Assembly (NCBI RefSeq): GCF_002113885.1
Contig: NW_018404492.1
Span: forward strand, 4,542,341-4,606,340
Length of the DNA stretch: 64,000 bases
Source of the DNA: Mizuhopecten yessoensis
Taxonomy: Eukaryota
Direction of reading: 5' to 3'
The first letter of the stretch is position 1. Every line of letters starts with the position of its first letter. The position numbers were made by a program, and so were the translations under genes. Positions 23,803-37,085 of this stretch are shown one piece after another. Below the pieces are notes generated by a model, which had not been told where the DNA came from, made no database searches, and saw only the letters and a list, made by a program, of their open reading frames with translations.

Positions 23803-24823
23803 GTACGTCACAAGTCTATCTAGGATTTACATTTCATGTTGCTTATTTTCAACTTCGATATATGAGGCCGTGTTGTAAATCTAATTCTAATCAGAAGTAT
23901 TATAGGGAGCATACTCCATATGATTTAACATCAGCAACTTATGACTTGGACAGGAGCAGGAAATATAGGATATGGTGAGAGGGCTTGCCGAGCTGTCCTT
24001 GTTTACTCACCAAGGCCCAATATACACTGCAACTTAACAATTTTAACATTTATTATTGGTTAGTCTACCACGTGTAGATTTGTTTTGCTGTTTTAAATGT
24101 ATTAAAGCATCGTGTTCATTTAACCTCACAAAACAAATCAAATATGGGAATTCTTGCTTCAAAGTAGAATGTTACAATTTTAAATAGAGCGAAATGGACA
24201 GACAGACAGACAGACATTCTTTATTTCCCCTTTTACAAGAGATTAAAATTGTTCCTTTTTTATTTATCTTGAGTTGATTATCTTCCATCAGTCAACATTT
24301 CATCGAAAAGTCTAATAGCCAAGTACGGCTGAATGAATTTTGATTACTTGGTTGAGGAGCATTAAGGATCAAAGGAGACACATTGTTTTACGTAAATGAG
24401 ACTCCTTCATGCACCCATTCATTCTCCTACCCTCACCACTCATACATAGCAACCTAGGATAACTATGAAATGGTATAGCATTAGCGTTTCAATGCATTTG
24501 CTGTAGCATTCAAGTGAGGTGGCACGATGAAAGGCGCATGCTGTTGGTAGCAGTGTTAAAAAGCATTATACACCTCCACCATACACGTATGATTACACAC
24601 ACGTTAAGATATTGTCTACCTAGGCAATATAGGGATAGCACATGTGGTTAGCGCATGATATTGGGAATCCATACAAATGATTGATACATTGGTTTTTTTG
24701 TTTTGTTTTAATTGTATATCTATGAACTGAACGGTGCCCTAGACTGGCTGTTCCTAGCTACATTGTAGATAGGAAGCTGTATCAGGTTTGGTGTTATATC
24801 ATATATATCTTGTTTCGTTTCAG

Positions 24824-24893
24824 GACTCAATCTGTACCGGGGACCCGTGTCATGGCGTCCTCGTCGCAAATCTCCAACAAGGGATTAAAGTAA
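24824..24893 (+). CDS. TPGS2: TPGS2 terminal coding exon
   Basis: TTTCGTTTCAG|. Translates (K)TQSVPGTRVMASSSQISNKGLK*; low-complexity S/K tail as in other TPGS2 proteins; phase-compatible. Confidence 0.75.
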
Positions 24894-25409
24894 CACGGGT
24901 AACATCATCAAGTTTCCAGTATCACGTTACACGCTGGTAACAGCAGGGAACCCGTAAGAACCTAAGGATTTTAGTGATTACCAGTTCCCGATGATTTAAT
25001 AACTTAACTGTAGGACATAATGTTTGTACTCAGTAACCACAAAGTACAACGATTTTGTTAAATATAAAGTTAATATCGAATGCAATCTATTTTACGTTAA
25101 GTGTGTGTTTGTGAATCTTATAGGTTTTTGCAAAGCCTTAATTGCAATTATCATGGCAAAAGTGGATTCTGATTCTTATGTGAATATAGTGGTCTATCAG
25201 AATTGAATTGTCTGGCTGTATGTCTGAAACGTTTATAGCAAACTGTAACTGATTACTGATTTGATAGATGCGAATAGTTTGCGAGAAGTCATATAGATGG
25301 ATATATATGTGAATGAACGTAAATGTATGTGTGCGTACAATTATATATACTTAATATCGTGTATTATGTAGGAGTAATTTCATGATTCATATTCATGGAT
25401 AATGTGAAA

Positions 25410-25504
25410 AATAAATGAAAAAAGTAAACTTGCCAAATCTTCTCTCAATTTTTTCAAATCTTATGCTGTACTTTATATGCATGTTTCTCATGTCAACTAA
25501 TAAA
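25410..25504 (+). terminator. Candidate polyadenylation signals of TPGS2
   Basis: AATAAA at 25410 and 25499, 0.5-0.6 kb after the stop codon. The AT-rich context makes chance matches possible. Confidence 0.4.
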
Positions 25505-26859
25505 TGATATGATACATTTCAAATTCGTGTACAACTGATGCTCATTTTGCTGTTAATCACACATTATTTAACTGAATCTGAAGGACCAGAGAGCTTACGC
25601 TACTGTTACATGTAAAGATTATAACGTGGCGCGGCGTCCACTGTATGGCAACCCATTCCTGTAAAAACTTACTCCTAAACAACTGCATTGATTTCAATCA
25701 AACGGATGCATCAATGGAACTATGGAAATTGTTTTGGATTTAAGCCATCAACAGATTTGTCTTCTTCTGAACGTTTTCGAAGACAAACTCTATGTGAATT
25801 TCAGGGATCGAAATAGTGCAAAGAAATAATTTTGAAAACCCTGACCCTGTGCAGGGCGGACCACATGGGTCGTCTTTTACGATCATTCAGTGGGAAACAC
25901 CAGGTCTATTTCCCCCGAATCGTGATCCCCGGTTGGTCTGAGACATCACTGGCGCAAGTCGATCATTTGTTGTATAGATGATGTTTCAACCATTTGGCCC
26001 ATAGAGACGGTCATAAAATAGGACACAATTTTGCTACAAACGTCCACCACTCATAAACATGCATTATAACGATATTCAGGGCCCAGATGCGATTGCCTAT
26101 TGTGATCACGGTGTCTGATCACACTTTCGTTTCCGGCAAATATCCAAGATTTCACAAGTTTAACATTTTTGAATTTTTACATGGCGATACATTGTTACAT
26201 AAATAAGTGGCATAGGGCTTTTAAAAAGCTCGTACGGTCAAGTTCAACGATACTAAAAATACAAGTGACATTGTCAAACTATATTGTTATGCCTATTTAT
26301 GGTGGTACAGACTGTAAGTTGTGTATAATATTTAGCAGATTTTCTACATGAATGAAGCCATATGTAAATTACCGGGATCCTAAAATCTGAGACAGTCACT
26401 AGCCAGAGCAACTAATACAAATATAGAGCAGCTGGGATGATACACTTTCAAAACTGCTTTGTCCGGTTTGATCATACTTGATTCTACGTTAATAACGCCA
26501 TATTTTCCGGATAATGAAATCCAAGATGACCAACAATCAAAATCTCAACTTTATTGCCACAAACACTCATAAAAGGCACAACGAGACGTCTTGATCCCTG
26601 GTTTATAGATTGAAAACGGTCGAGATTCAAAACTTGAAGTCTTCTTAAACGCCTTTGCTTGTTTTATGTATAAAGAGAGGAATATATCAATGATATGGAC
26701 AATTTCCTTGGTCATAACATAGAAACAGTTGAAATCCCTACCCAATATGCATAAACAAACATAATCTGTTACTCAATCTGTTGAATTCTACTTTTAATCA
26801 AATATTTTGATTGCAGGATTATCCGAGTAAGAGAAATATGACTTGTGGACCTCATGTCT

Positions 26860-28400
26860 TTTTTCCTCGAGGCAATTCGGAGCTGTAATGAAAGGAATTG
26901 GGGACGAATTCCGATGAGTTATGTGTGATGGAAACTTATCTAATCATCGAACACAAACCTTATGTAGCAGGATTTGTAGCTAAAATTAATTGGTGTAAGT
27001 TCATTATGACTTGCTTATTAGCCCGTGAAACTGCAGAATCAAGCAATTAAAACAAATTGATTAAAATAAAAATGTACATAGCGGTAAGTCTTTTGATGAT
27101 ATTTTAGGGAGACTTTTATATTTATTTACACTGTATTACTTTTTTCCCTATAACATTTTTATTATTATACAATAGTATGGTAACAATGAGCTCTTCGACT
27201 GATTCATTTTTGGTAATTATTGGTTTGAATTAAAGGGTCAGAGTTAACCCTTGTCTAATTGAAGTAAAAAGGTCGATAGTGTACGAGATATTTCACAAAT
27301 CCCACAAAGGAATATGTTGATGTTAACATCATAGTATGATTACATGTAGTTTAAAAAGTCAAAGCTCACACTTTATAAATTGTTAAGTAAAAGAGTTGTT
27401 TACAAGATATCGTTAATTTATTAACAAATCTTGTTAAAGGAGCAGACGTGAACGAAACTGTACCCCTACATGTAAAAGTTCTTAATCAACTCTAGTAATT
27501 TACCTCATGTCATACTCGTGCAATTTTGCTGATAAACGGCGGTTCTTTATTTATTGCTTTGCTAATAATGTCCAAATATATGGCGTCTACGTATTCCTCA
27601 TCGTCAAGCGTTTCGGCCCAATGCTCCTATACTTCCAGTAAATTTGCTTTTTTACGATCTCCGTTATATTGCGAATAACTCGACAATTGCGTCATGGACC
27701 AATCTTTGTAGTAGCTTTCCTAGGAAAGTTGTCAGACTAATAGGTCTATAAGCTAGGAATTGACATTGTTTTTTCCGCTTTTAACAATTTCCGTTACGCT
27801 GCTTCTCTTATATCGTCCAGTATTTTATCATTGTCAATAAATTTGAATGTATAATACTCAAGAGTGATTAATTCATTTGTTTCAACAGTAAAATTTTGGA
27901 GGAAAATGTCGGGGTCCGTTGATATATTGCGATCGAGTTTGTCAATATCACACATATGTCAATATCATAACTGATCACAATGACACTGTTGTTGTCTTTG
28001 AATGTTAGAAAAACATCGGCCTCTACTGTTTTTTAGATTGCATTTACGAATTCAACTAAGATCTTAACAGAAGTTGTAAATTTTTAAACTGGTCGTCTCA
28101 TTCTTTTGTGTTTGGTAATCGCTTTTCCTTAACTCGTACAGATAGGCGTCCGTCTGGCAGTGAATGTAATCCGTTTCCTCATTTTCAAACCAAAATTAAT
28201 GTTCGATTCTTAGAATCTTATTCAAAACGTGTAGCTTACTGAACTTAATTATCCTTGCTGCTCTCTCGTATTGACTAATTGTTAAACTATGCTTACGTTC
28301 TGCTGAATAATTCTAAAAAGTCTGAATTCATCAATCAATGAAAATGAGTATTAAATGTATGGTAAGAAGAGGCAATAATCGCTGTCGCTGCGATTTTTCA
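26860..28400 (-). mobile_element. Old CR1-like LINE relic
   Basis: Minus-strand motifs YRPISLTTFLGKLLQRLVHDAIV and EHWAETLDDEEYVDAIYLD, with many stops and frameshifts. Ends approximate. Confidence 0.7.
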
Positions 28401-29469
28401 AATCATTATTTTATAATTTCTATTTCTAGATATACAAGCTATGCCATGCCGGAAATAAGCATAGAACAGTGTACTACATGCGTCTGTGTTGTATTTATTA
28501 CACAAATTCTCTCTGTATTCCATGTTAAAGTGTGTCTAAAGAGTTAAGTTCATTTATGATAACACTACATGTTAACATCGCGAGGAGCTCAAAATACTCT
28601 TAGCATCGCAAAACGATAAATCATAATTACATCAAAAGTGCCCTTAACGCTGTTGAGGTTTTGTGGAGAAATAAGCGATCGGGGACTGTCCCTGGCTCTA
28701 TTGTAGATTGCTCGTGGATCTCTTACGACAACGATGAATCTGCTACAGAAATGTAACATGTTGAACGCCTTTTTTCGTATGTAATTCCGTATGAATGATG
28801 ATTGTGATCATTCCCAAATGTTGTTTTAATAGTTCATTGGACGTCATACTTTTGACAATATCACTCTTATGGTTGTCAAACAAACTTCAAAAACGTTCAT
28901 AAACAAAGACATATTAAGTCCTGGCTTCAGAATCTCAACATAATGATTGACAAATTGGCATGTTCACGCCTTCCTTACATGTACTTCGTTTTCAGTCAAA
29001 ACTGTGGAACATTATAACTGTTATATTAATCCCGAGATCAGTTGGTCATGGCTTATGCTAGAAATCAATGACTTCGGCAACGTAAGTTGTAAGGTCTGCA
29101 GAAGTCTGCGTTCAATTATGTAATATTTTAAACTATTCACTAAACCAGGGTGCAATTACATATATTATAAACCAGAGCTGTTGGAGAACAGCATAGCTCG
29201 CCTATTGGTGACATATGTTGTAACAAATGTACAGTAAAACCTCGATACATTGCACGTCATTTCACTTGCCACATAACTTACCGCCAACACATTTTCAGGT
29301 TCCTTAATTATGTTTTTCTTAAGAATTCCTTTACGTTTCCCTAAATTTATTGCCAAACCCCTTTACATTGCCAACATTTCTTCAAACAAATGATCGTAAT
29401 GTAACCAGGTTTTGCTGTAACTTAGCATATAAGAAGAGATGAACAGCCAACGTGAACTAGTCAACAGCG

Positions 29470-29815
29470 TATTGTTGGCGGTGACCGATCCAACACTGCA
29501 CAAAAAACTTGCCCAAAACATTTAACCAAGTCCATTCAACAAGTTTTGACCCCTAAGATAATGAAAATATAATTCAGAACACTGCTTATACTCAATATAT
29601 AATTCCAACCTTATAATAGACAACAGCCTGCATTGAAGGTGGTGATCCAACACTACACACACAAAAATTGCCTAAAAACTTTAACCTCAAGCTTACCCAA
29701 AATCTTTAACTAAGTCCAATTAAGCTGTTTTTGTCCCGTAAAATGAAAATATGGCCCATAATATTGCTAACATTCCATATAAATACTTCAACCTAATAAT
29801 AGAAAATAGCTTATT
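29470..29815. repeat. Diverged two-copy tandem duplication (~165-185 bp)
   Basis: GGTGA..GATCCAACACT..ACA…AATGAAAATAT…CAACCT.ATAATAGA recurs twice. Confidence 0.6.
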
Positions 29816-29855
29816 GATAGCAAGTTCAAGTAATACAACATGATTGTAATTATTA

Positions 29856-30331
29856 TGTAACGTGACGGGGAGGAGGGTTCCAGAATACAACATTTCACAG
29901 CAGAGTTCTATTTACAAGTTTATTTACACTTTATATACAACGTACAACATCACGGTCAGCATAGTCAATAACAACACCTGAGAGAATCCCCTAGCTAATT
30001 TACCTCAGCTAAGCTATACAGGAGACAGCCTAATCACGTCTGTCCTCCACTAGATCACTCCCCTTTCTCCCCGGACCCCACGCTGGTCTTCCCCAGCTAT
30101 TACTCCTCCTAGGTGTACCTCAGAGGTCAGCCCTGTAGCAGTGACAGCTCCCATGACCTTAAAGGTCAACTCTTCGGCTCAGCTATGTGCCAGCCTGCCC
30201 GCTATCAGTATGGTCCCCCCTCCCGGTGTCAATTAAAGCCTGTACTAAATGCATGCCCCATCATCCTTATCAACCCATTACTCTAAACACAATATACACG
30301 ATTAGGGATATACAAACACCAATTTATCACA
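29856..30331 (-). repeat. 3' LTR of the Gypsy element
   Basis: 476 bp; preceded on the minus strand by the polypurine tract AAGGAGGGGGCAG (30332-30344). Confidence 0.95.
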
Positions 30332-30609
30332 CTGCCCCCTCCTTGAAAAAGACATGTGACCCACATGTGTCCTGTCTGAAACTTATTCCAGTTTCCCCTT
30401 CCTAAGTACGGAGGCCCAGTGATACCTACGAATCTACAAACGTACAATTTTTACAAAAATGAACTGCTACACTATAATACAAAATATCTCAAAAATGTGA
30501 ATCTACAATACTTAACATCTATGAACTACCACAAGTACTTAACCAATTCCCACTGTCTATCTTTCAGTCACTCTCTCGTATCACCAACACTTGTGTCCAG
30601 GTTAAATGT

Positions 30610-33600
30610 TCAAATATATCCATATCTGTCCGGAGGTCTACTTAACCTCTTACCACGTCCATCAGCGCATTCACTGTCATCATCTGTAATACTTCCATGC
30701 TCTGAGGCAAAGTCTCTGTCGTCAGGAAAATTGCTCTCCCCTAAGACTTTTTCCTGTGTAGTTAACCAGTTTTTATAGTCACCATGGTACGATTTCAAAC
30801 GATTGAAATGTACAACGCGAGGTTTCGAACTCGGAGTCTTTTGTATACGGAAAACCAAGTCACTTAGGCAGTTCACGATAAGGTACGGACCATCCCAGTT
30901 GGATTGAAGTTTAGGACTTATCCCAACCCTCCGTTTTGGATCATGAAGCCACACCGCGTCCCCAGTTTTATATGACTTTGTGTTCGTCCTGTAATCATAG
31001 TGTCCCTTTTGTTTTTCTGACGAGTCTTTTATATTCTGTCTTGCCAAATCATGTGCACTGTCGAGGTACTTGACGAGTTTTGACACAAACTGAGGTACAC
31101 TACCGTTATTGTCCGCTTCCCTCGGCAGGGTGCCGTAGATTAAATCCACAGGAAGACGAACCTCGCGTCCCAACATCATTTCGTTCGGTGAGAACTTTGT
31201 TGATGAATGCTCCGCACTACGGTAAGCCATAAGTGCCATGGGAAGAATCTCATCCCAGTCCAAATGCCAAAATGTTTTCAACGGTTCGATTGAATCTCTC
31301 AATCATTCCATCAGATTGAGGATGGAGAGCCGTCGTGCGCGTTTTCTCGATACCAAGAAGCCGACACATCTCCCGAAATAAGATTGATTCAAACTTGCGG
31401 CCTTGGTCGGAATGTATCAGCATAGGAACACCAAACCGGCAGATAAACTGTTCCACTAATGCTGTAGCCACAGTTTCCGCCTCTTGGTCCGGGATAGGGT
31501 AAGCCTCAATCCATTTTGTGAAATAGTCGCCAATGACCAAGACATATTTGTTTCCTCGGTCAGACACAGGTAGTGGTCCCATAATGTCCAAAGCATAATA
31601 AATTTTCATAGGGGCCCTTGGTGTTTTGTATGGTCGTTTCCTTGCTGAACATTGCTCACAACATCGACACCACTGCTTAACACTACTGCTTATCCCTGAC
31701 CAATAGAACCTTTCTTTCACTCTAGACAGTCTTGTTTACACCAAGATGGCCAGCTGTAACGCATTGTGCAAATTTGTCAGCACATCCTCACGGTACTCTG
31801 ACGGCACGATCAGCTGCCATGACACACGCTTCCCTGTGTCATCTTCCCACCTACGGTGCAACATTCCATCTCTAAGTTCAAGTCTCGTCCATTGGGACCA
31901 GAGTGTTTTCACTGCGGTGCTCTCCGTTGATACATCTTCCCACTTTGGCCGGTGCTGAGAGGTCTCCATGTATCTAATGATGGAGCCAATGTCTTTATCG
32001 TGTCTTTGTGCACGTGTCATCTCAGCCAGTGAGATTCCACCAATCCATGTAGTGGGTCTGCGTACTGGCTTCCGTACTGCATCACATCTCATATATTGCT
32101 TTAACACAGGTTTACCATACTTGTGATCAGCGTTATCACAAAATGAGCAGTCAGTACATGGCCTACGCGACAGACCATCTGCATTTTGGTGCTTAGACCC
32201 GCTTCTATGAATTATATCATAGTCATAGGTTCCTAGCGTCTCTATCCATCTAGCAAGCTGTCCTTCAATGTCCTTAAAATTTGTCAACCACCGTAAAGAG
32301 CCGTGATCGGTACGGATTGTGAAATGGCGTCCAAACAAATAACAATGGAAATGTTTGACGGAGCTTACTACAGCTAGCAGTTCCTTTCGCGTCACACAAT
32401 ATCTCCGTTCAGCCTTTGTGAGTGCACGACTATAGTACGCAATCACCTTTTCGTGACCTCCCTGTATCTGACTTAGGACAGCGCCTACAGCATCGTTACT
32501 GGCATCCGTGTCAAGGATGAACGCGGATCCAGAAGGGTCTGGATAGGCTAATATCGGACTCGTTGTCAATTTTGTTTTTAATGTAGCAAAGGCCTCAGCA
32601 CACTTGTCAGTCCATGCAAATACACGGTCCTTCTCAGTCAATGCATTTAAAGGTCGAGCAATCTCGGCAAAACCTTTAATGAACTTTCTGTAGTATGAAC
32701 ATAGGCCCACAAAGCTTCGCACATCGCTGACGCACGTAGGTATAGGCCAGTCACGAACTGCCCGTGTCTTAGATGGTTCTGCACTGATTCCCTCCCCGGA
32801 GACTATATGACCCAGGTAGGTCACGCTTTTTTTGAAAAACTGACATTTGCTCGGACCGAGTTTTAATCCACCTGACTGTAACCGGTCAAACACACCTCCC
32901 AAACGTTCTAAGGTGGTGTTCACATCCCGACCAAACACAATCACGTCGTCAAGGTAAACTAAACACGTTTTCCATGAAAAACCCTCTAACACTTTTGACA
33001 TCAGTCTTGCAACCGTAGCCGGAGCGTTGCAAAGTCCGAATGGCATGACCTTGAACTGGTACAATCCATTTTCCGTTGCAAACGCAGTTACCTCACTATC
33101 TTTTGGGTCCATTGCCACCTGCCAGTATCCAGGGTACAGAACCATTTCGCATTGACTAGCGCGTCCAACTTGTCATCGATTCGCGACATGGGAAAGAATT
33201 CTTTCTTTTTAATGTTATTGACCTTCCTATAGTCCACGCAAAATCGCATTGAGCCATCCTTCTTTTTGACTAAAACAATTGGCGACGCCCATGGGCTAGA
33301 TGAAGGCTCAATCACGTCCTGATTGATCATACTGTCAACTTGATTGGCCGATTCCTCCCTTTGAGCAAAAGGTAAGCGCCTCGGACGCTGGCGAATAGGT
33401 GCACTGTTTTGAGTGTCAATGGTGTGTTTAACCATCGTTGTGTGGCCAAGGTCGCGTTTGTCTTTCGCGAACACGTTTTGATAACGTATCAGAAAATTTT
33501 GCAAGTCTCGTGTTTGTTCTTCATCGAGATTAGCGGAAGATTCACGATGCAGGTTCTCCAAATGTGAGTGAATAGACATCCTATCCCCTTCGTAAGACAC

Positions 33601-35248
33601 ACTTGTATCCGTTCCTTCTACCGCTATGGCCTCACAAGTTGCTGCTATTGTATTCTTATAAAGCTTAACGGGCGACGCGGACATGTTAATAACACAAATA
33701 GGCACGCGGTCGTCTGCCGTATTGACAACAGCTTTTGCGAGAAGTAACCCATATTTCTTAATGAGGTGGTCTGTTGGCACTAGCATGCCACATAAAGGAG
33801 CATTTGATTTGTCCAATACTGTTCCGGTCACCAGTTTCTGTTCCCCGGGTGAGATTACACTGGTTTCATTGACTGCAATACGACAACATCTCATGCCGCT
33901 CAGGGCTACCGTAGTGCACCTCTCACTCTGACCGTTCATTGCAAATGTATTGGTACCGACATCAACAATACAGCAGTGTGTTTTCATGAAATCAAATCCC
34001 AAAATGCCATCCAACGCAGGGTCAATTCTCGCTACATAACAGTTATGACACACATTTTGGCCAACTACACTTATGTCAAGTTTACCGGTACCCAAAATGT
34101 CAATCCCCTTGCCGTCTGCCATTTTCATTTGAAGCCTTGCTGGGGTCAATTTGTGTTTCTTGTCGTCAGGAATTTGTTCAAAGACAGATGTATTCAGGAT
34201 GGTTACGTTAGAGCCTGTATCAATCAAAAAGTTTACAGGTTGCCCATTTACAGTACCTTTAAGATATATACCCTGGCCGTTTTCGGAAAACCTGGTTGTT
34301 CTTGGTCCAGTTGTGTTTCGCTCCTTTTCACCCCTTTTACAATCCCTTTTAAAATGTGATGGGCTACCACAACTCCAACATTTCCTTTGTCCATTAAAGG
34401 AGTTAACCTGGAATTGCTTCTGTGTCAGAGCTGATAACTCCTTTTTCAAAGCCAATATGTCACTTTCTAATTGTTCTGCTTTTGACTTTGTCTCTCGATC
34501 CTCATATCTATCCCCCTCCTTTGGCTGTACAGCTGTAACTGAATGAGATATTCGCCGGTCCCTTTGTTTTTCTGCTACACAAATTGCTTCCAACTCCACG
34601 GCTAGTTTTGTGGCCTCGGCCAAGGACTTTGGATGAGCTTGCTGAATACGGACACGCATATCAGATTCTGTCAATGCATCAATAAAATGATCACGACACA
34701 GAGTCTCAATAAGGTCAGATGGAGCTTTTGGATAAGCCTTCCTCCCTAAGCGCTTTACCTTTTGTGCTAATTCAGGGAGAGACTGGTCCCTCTTCCTCAC
34801 TAAATTCTTAAGCTCGGCTCGAAATAGTTCCGTTTGATGCTCTGAACCAAATCGCTGACTTAACGCCTCTATCAAGTCCTTATAGTTCCTCCGTTTTCCT
34901 GGTTCTATATCAGCCAGTATACTCTGAGCACTATTTCTGAGGCTAGAGGCCAAAAACAATGCCCTTTCATCATCAGACCATTGATTGATATCTGTCACCA
35001 TGTCAAATTGGACAAAGTAGTCCTCCCATGGTTCTTTGCCGTCACAATTAGCAGGTTTTATCAACGGTTTTGTAACCACTTGCTTTGGTATTGGTTTGAT
35101 TGCGCTTATATTCCTCTGGCTGATATCATTCCTCAAACTTTCACATTCCATCCTTAATTGTTTTATTTCTTCATTAACCGATGGTGATGGTGTCGATGAG
35201 AGTGTACCAATACCGGTGTCTCGTTGTATCTAAACCTCCTTCAGCCAT
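30610..35248 (-). pseudogene. Frameshifted gag-pol of the Gypsy element
   Basis: CCHC knuckle CWSCGSPSHFKRDC, protease LIDTGS, RT YLDD, RNase H DAS, integrase HSDQG and GPY. Split over ORFs 33088-35151, 31736-33145, 31250-31720 and 30610-31302. Probable start MAEGG at 35248 is out of frame. Confidence 0.92.
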
Positions 35249-35277
35249 TGTTTATACACAATATCACCGGTCAATTA

Positions 35278-35295
35278 ATCCCGACGCTGCCACCA
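35278..35295 (-). promoter_or_regulatory. Primer-binding site, tRNA-Leu-like
   Basis: TGGTGGCAGCGTCGGGAT lies 3 nt inside the 5' LTR; near-complementary to the tRNA-Leu 3' end (…ATCCCACCGCTGCCACCA). Confidence 0.8.
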
Positions 35296-35298
35296 AAT

Positions 35299-35771
35299 TG
35301 TAACGTGACGGGGAGGAGGGTTCCAGAATACAACATTTCACAGCAGAGTTCTATTTACAAGTTTATTTACACTTTATATACAACGTACAACATCACGGTC
35401 AGCATAGTCAATAAAAAAACCTGAGAGAATCCCCTAGCTAATTTACCTCAGCTAAGCTATACAGGAGACAGCCTAATCACGTCTGTCCTCCACTAGATCA
35501 CTCCCCTTTCTCCCCGGACCCCACGCTGGTCTCCCCCATCTATTACTCCTAGGTGTACCTCAGAGGTCAGCCCTGTAGCAGTGACAGCTCCCATGACCTT
35601 AAAGGTCAACTCTCCGGCTCAGCCATGTGCCAGCCTGCCCGCTATCAGTATGGTCCCCCCTCCCGGTGTCAATTAAAGCCTGTACTAAATGCATGCCCCA
35701 TCATCCTTATCAACCCATTACTCTAAACACAATATACACGATTAGGGATATACAAACACCAATTTATCACA
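35299..35771 (-). repeat. 5' LTR of the Gypsy element
   Basis: 473 bp; differs from the other LTR by about 6 substitutions and one 3-bp indel (counted by eye). Confidence 0.95.
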
Positions 35772-36089
35772 ATTATATATTTTTTTATTCAGTTTAAGTG
35801 TCAAAAGACAGGAATGAAACAGTCACTCCATAAGAGTCGAATAACTTCGTATGCTTATTTAATGGCTCTTCGACAACTTAAGTCGTTTTAGGCAAAGATA
35901 CAGTTAATATTAACGTTAACAAAACGAAATACATCAAGCTTAAACTAAGATGTTAAAACGTAAAAGGATGCAATAAGATATCAATGTCTTTTTGGTTAGT
36001 TACTTGCTTAGCGGTAAAGCAACTGTAAGGTCATATCAGGCCATGCCAGACGACAATGATAAGGGACATTTAAACAACTTAATACATTG

Positions 36090-36270
36090 GCTGTTTGGTT
36101 TATTGAGTTTGGCATTTTATTAACAGTCAAGGTCATTTAAGGATGTGCCTACTTGTATTATTGATAAGTGTGTGTTTGAGGCGGTACGTCGGTGTATTCG
36201 TCTACTTGCGATAACGCAGATTTGATGCCGACCTCAAAGTGCCATTACATTGATATACCTTGCAAAAAGC
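36090..36270 (-). mobile_element. Degenerate SINE fragment
   Basis: Shares the tail motif (GCACATCCTTAAATGACCTTGACTGTTAATA) with the SINE at 54012-54250. Confidence 0.55.
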
Positions 36271-36834
36271 AATTAAATGATTTAAGGGCTTAATTCGCAA
36301 TAGATACATGTAACTACAAAGCGAAATGGTCAGATATTAGTATATTCCCAAACCTCTAGTATAGACTAATTTCAAGTAAGTATAAAAAATTGAATTGAAT
36401 GTACAGAAAAATATTTCAATAATAAGCCTAGCTTTTCCCTCGAAACTGTCTAAAATCGGTACTGTATACTCTATCAGTACAGTATATGTGAGTGTCAAAA
36501 GGGTTTATCCTCTTGCCAGAATAGGAAAGGATATGTATGACCTACGGAAAGTAGTTTGAGGACGACCTCCGCTCTTCGATTATATCTGATAGCGATTTTC
36601 AAACATACAAGGGATTGAATTTCACAAAGCTTATACCTAATAACATCAGAACGTCTTCGAGTCTATACACCTTTCTAGATCAGGTTTAAAATTAGGACGG
36701 AATATTTTGTTATATGATTTAATTTTGAGCGCTGCGTATGCAGTTTTTCAGCCGAGGCGTTTCCATGGATTTCAACATGACATCCATCGAAAAATATCAA
36801 CCACAAACGAAATGGTAAAATGACATGTTATAAC

Positions 36835-37085
36835 AATTTTGGGAACGCACAAGGTTACAAGATGTGCGCACGATGTGTGCACATTTGTGCTCACGATGAA
36901 CGTTGTGCGATAACAATCGTGGTTGGTGTAAATTGAGGAATGGCTTAACACTATGGACAGTTTCGTGTTTAAACATATAAATGTTTAGATTTATAGTATG
37001 TTTCTATATTCTAGCTTCATATATAATTTAGAAATGGTGTTTTTCGGTGTTTTTTAAACGACCTTAATCGACACATATAAAGTTA
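36835..37085 (+). mobile_element. Truncated copy of the GTGCGCAC-rich MITE family
   Basis: ACAATCGTGGTTGGTGTAAATTGAGGAATGGCTTAAC is shared with 60224-61131 and, inverted, with 48392-49337. Confidence 0.85.

Larger units (their letters stand above)
29856..35771 (-). mobile_element. Full-length Ty3/Gypsy LTR retrotransposon
   Basis: LTRs at 29856-30331 and 35299-35771 (TG…CA); 4-bp TSD ATTA; PBS and PPT present; domain order gag-PR-RT-RH-IN. Confidence 0.97.

Noticed and set aside
33683-35424. Plus-strand ORFs within the Gypsy element
   Set aside because: Antisense shadows of gag-pol with no recognisable motifs.
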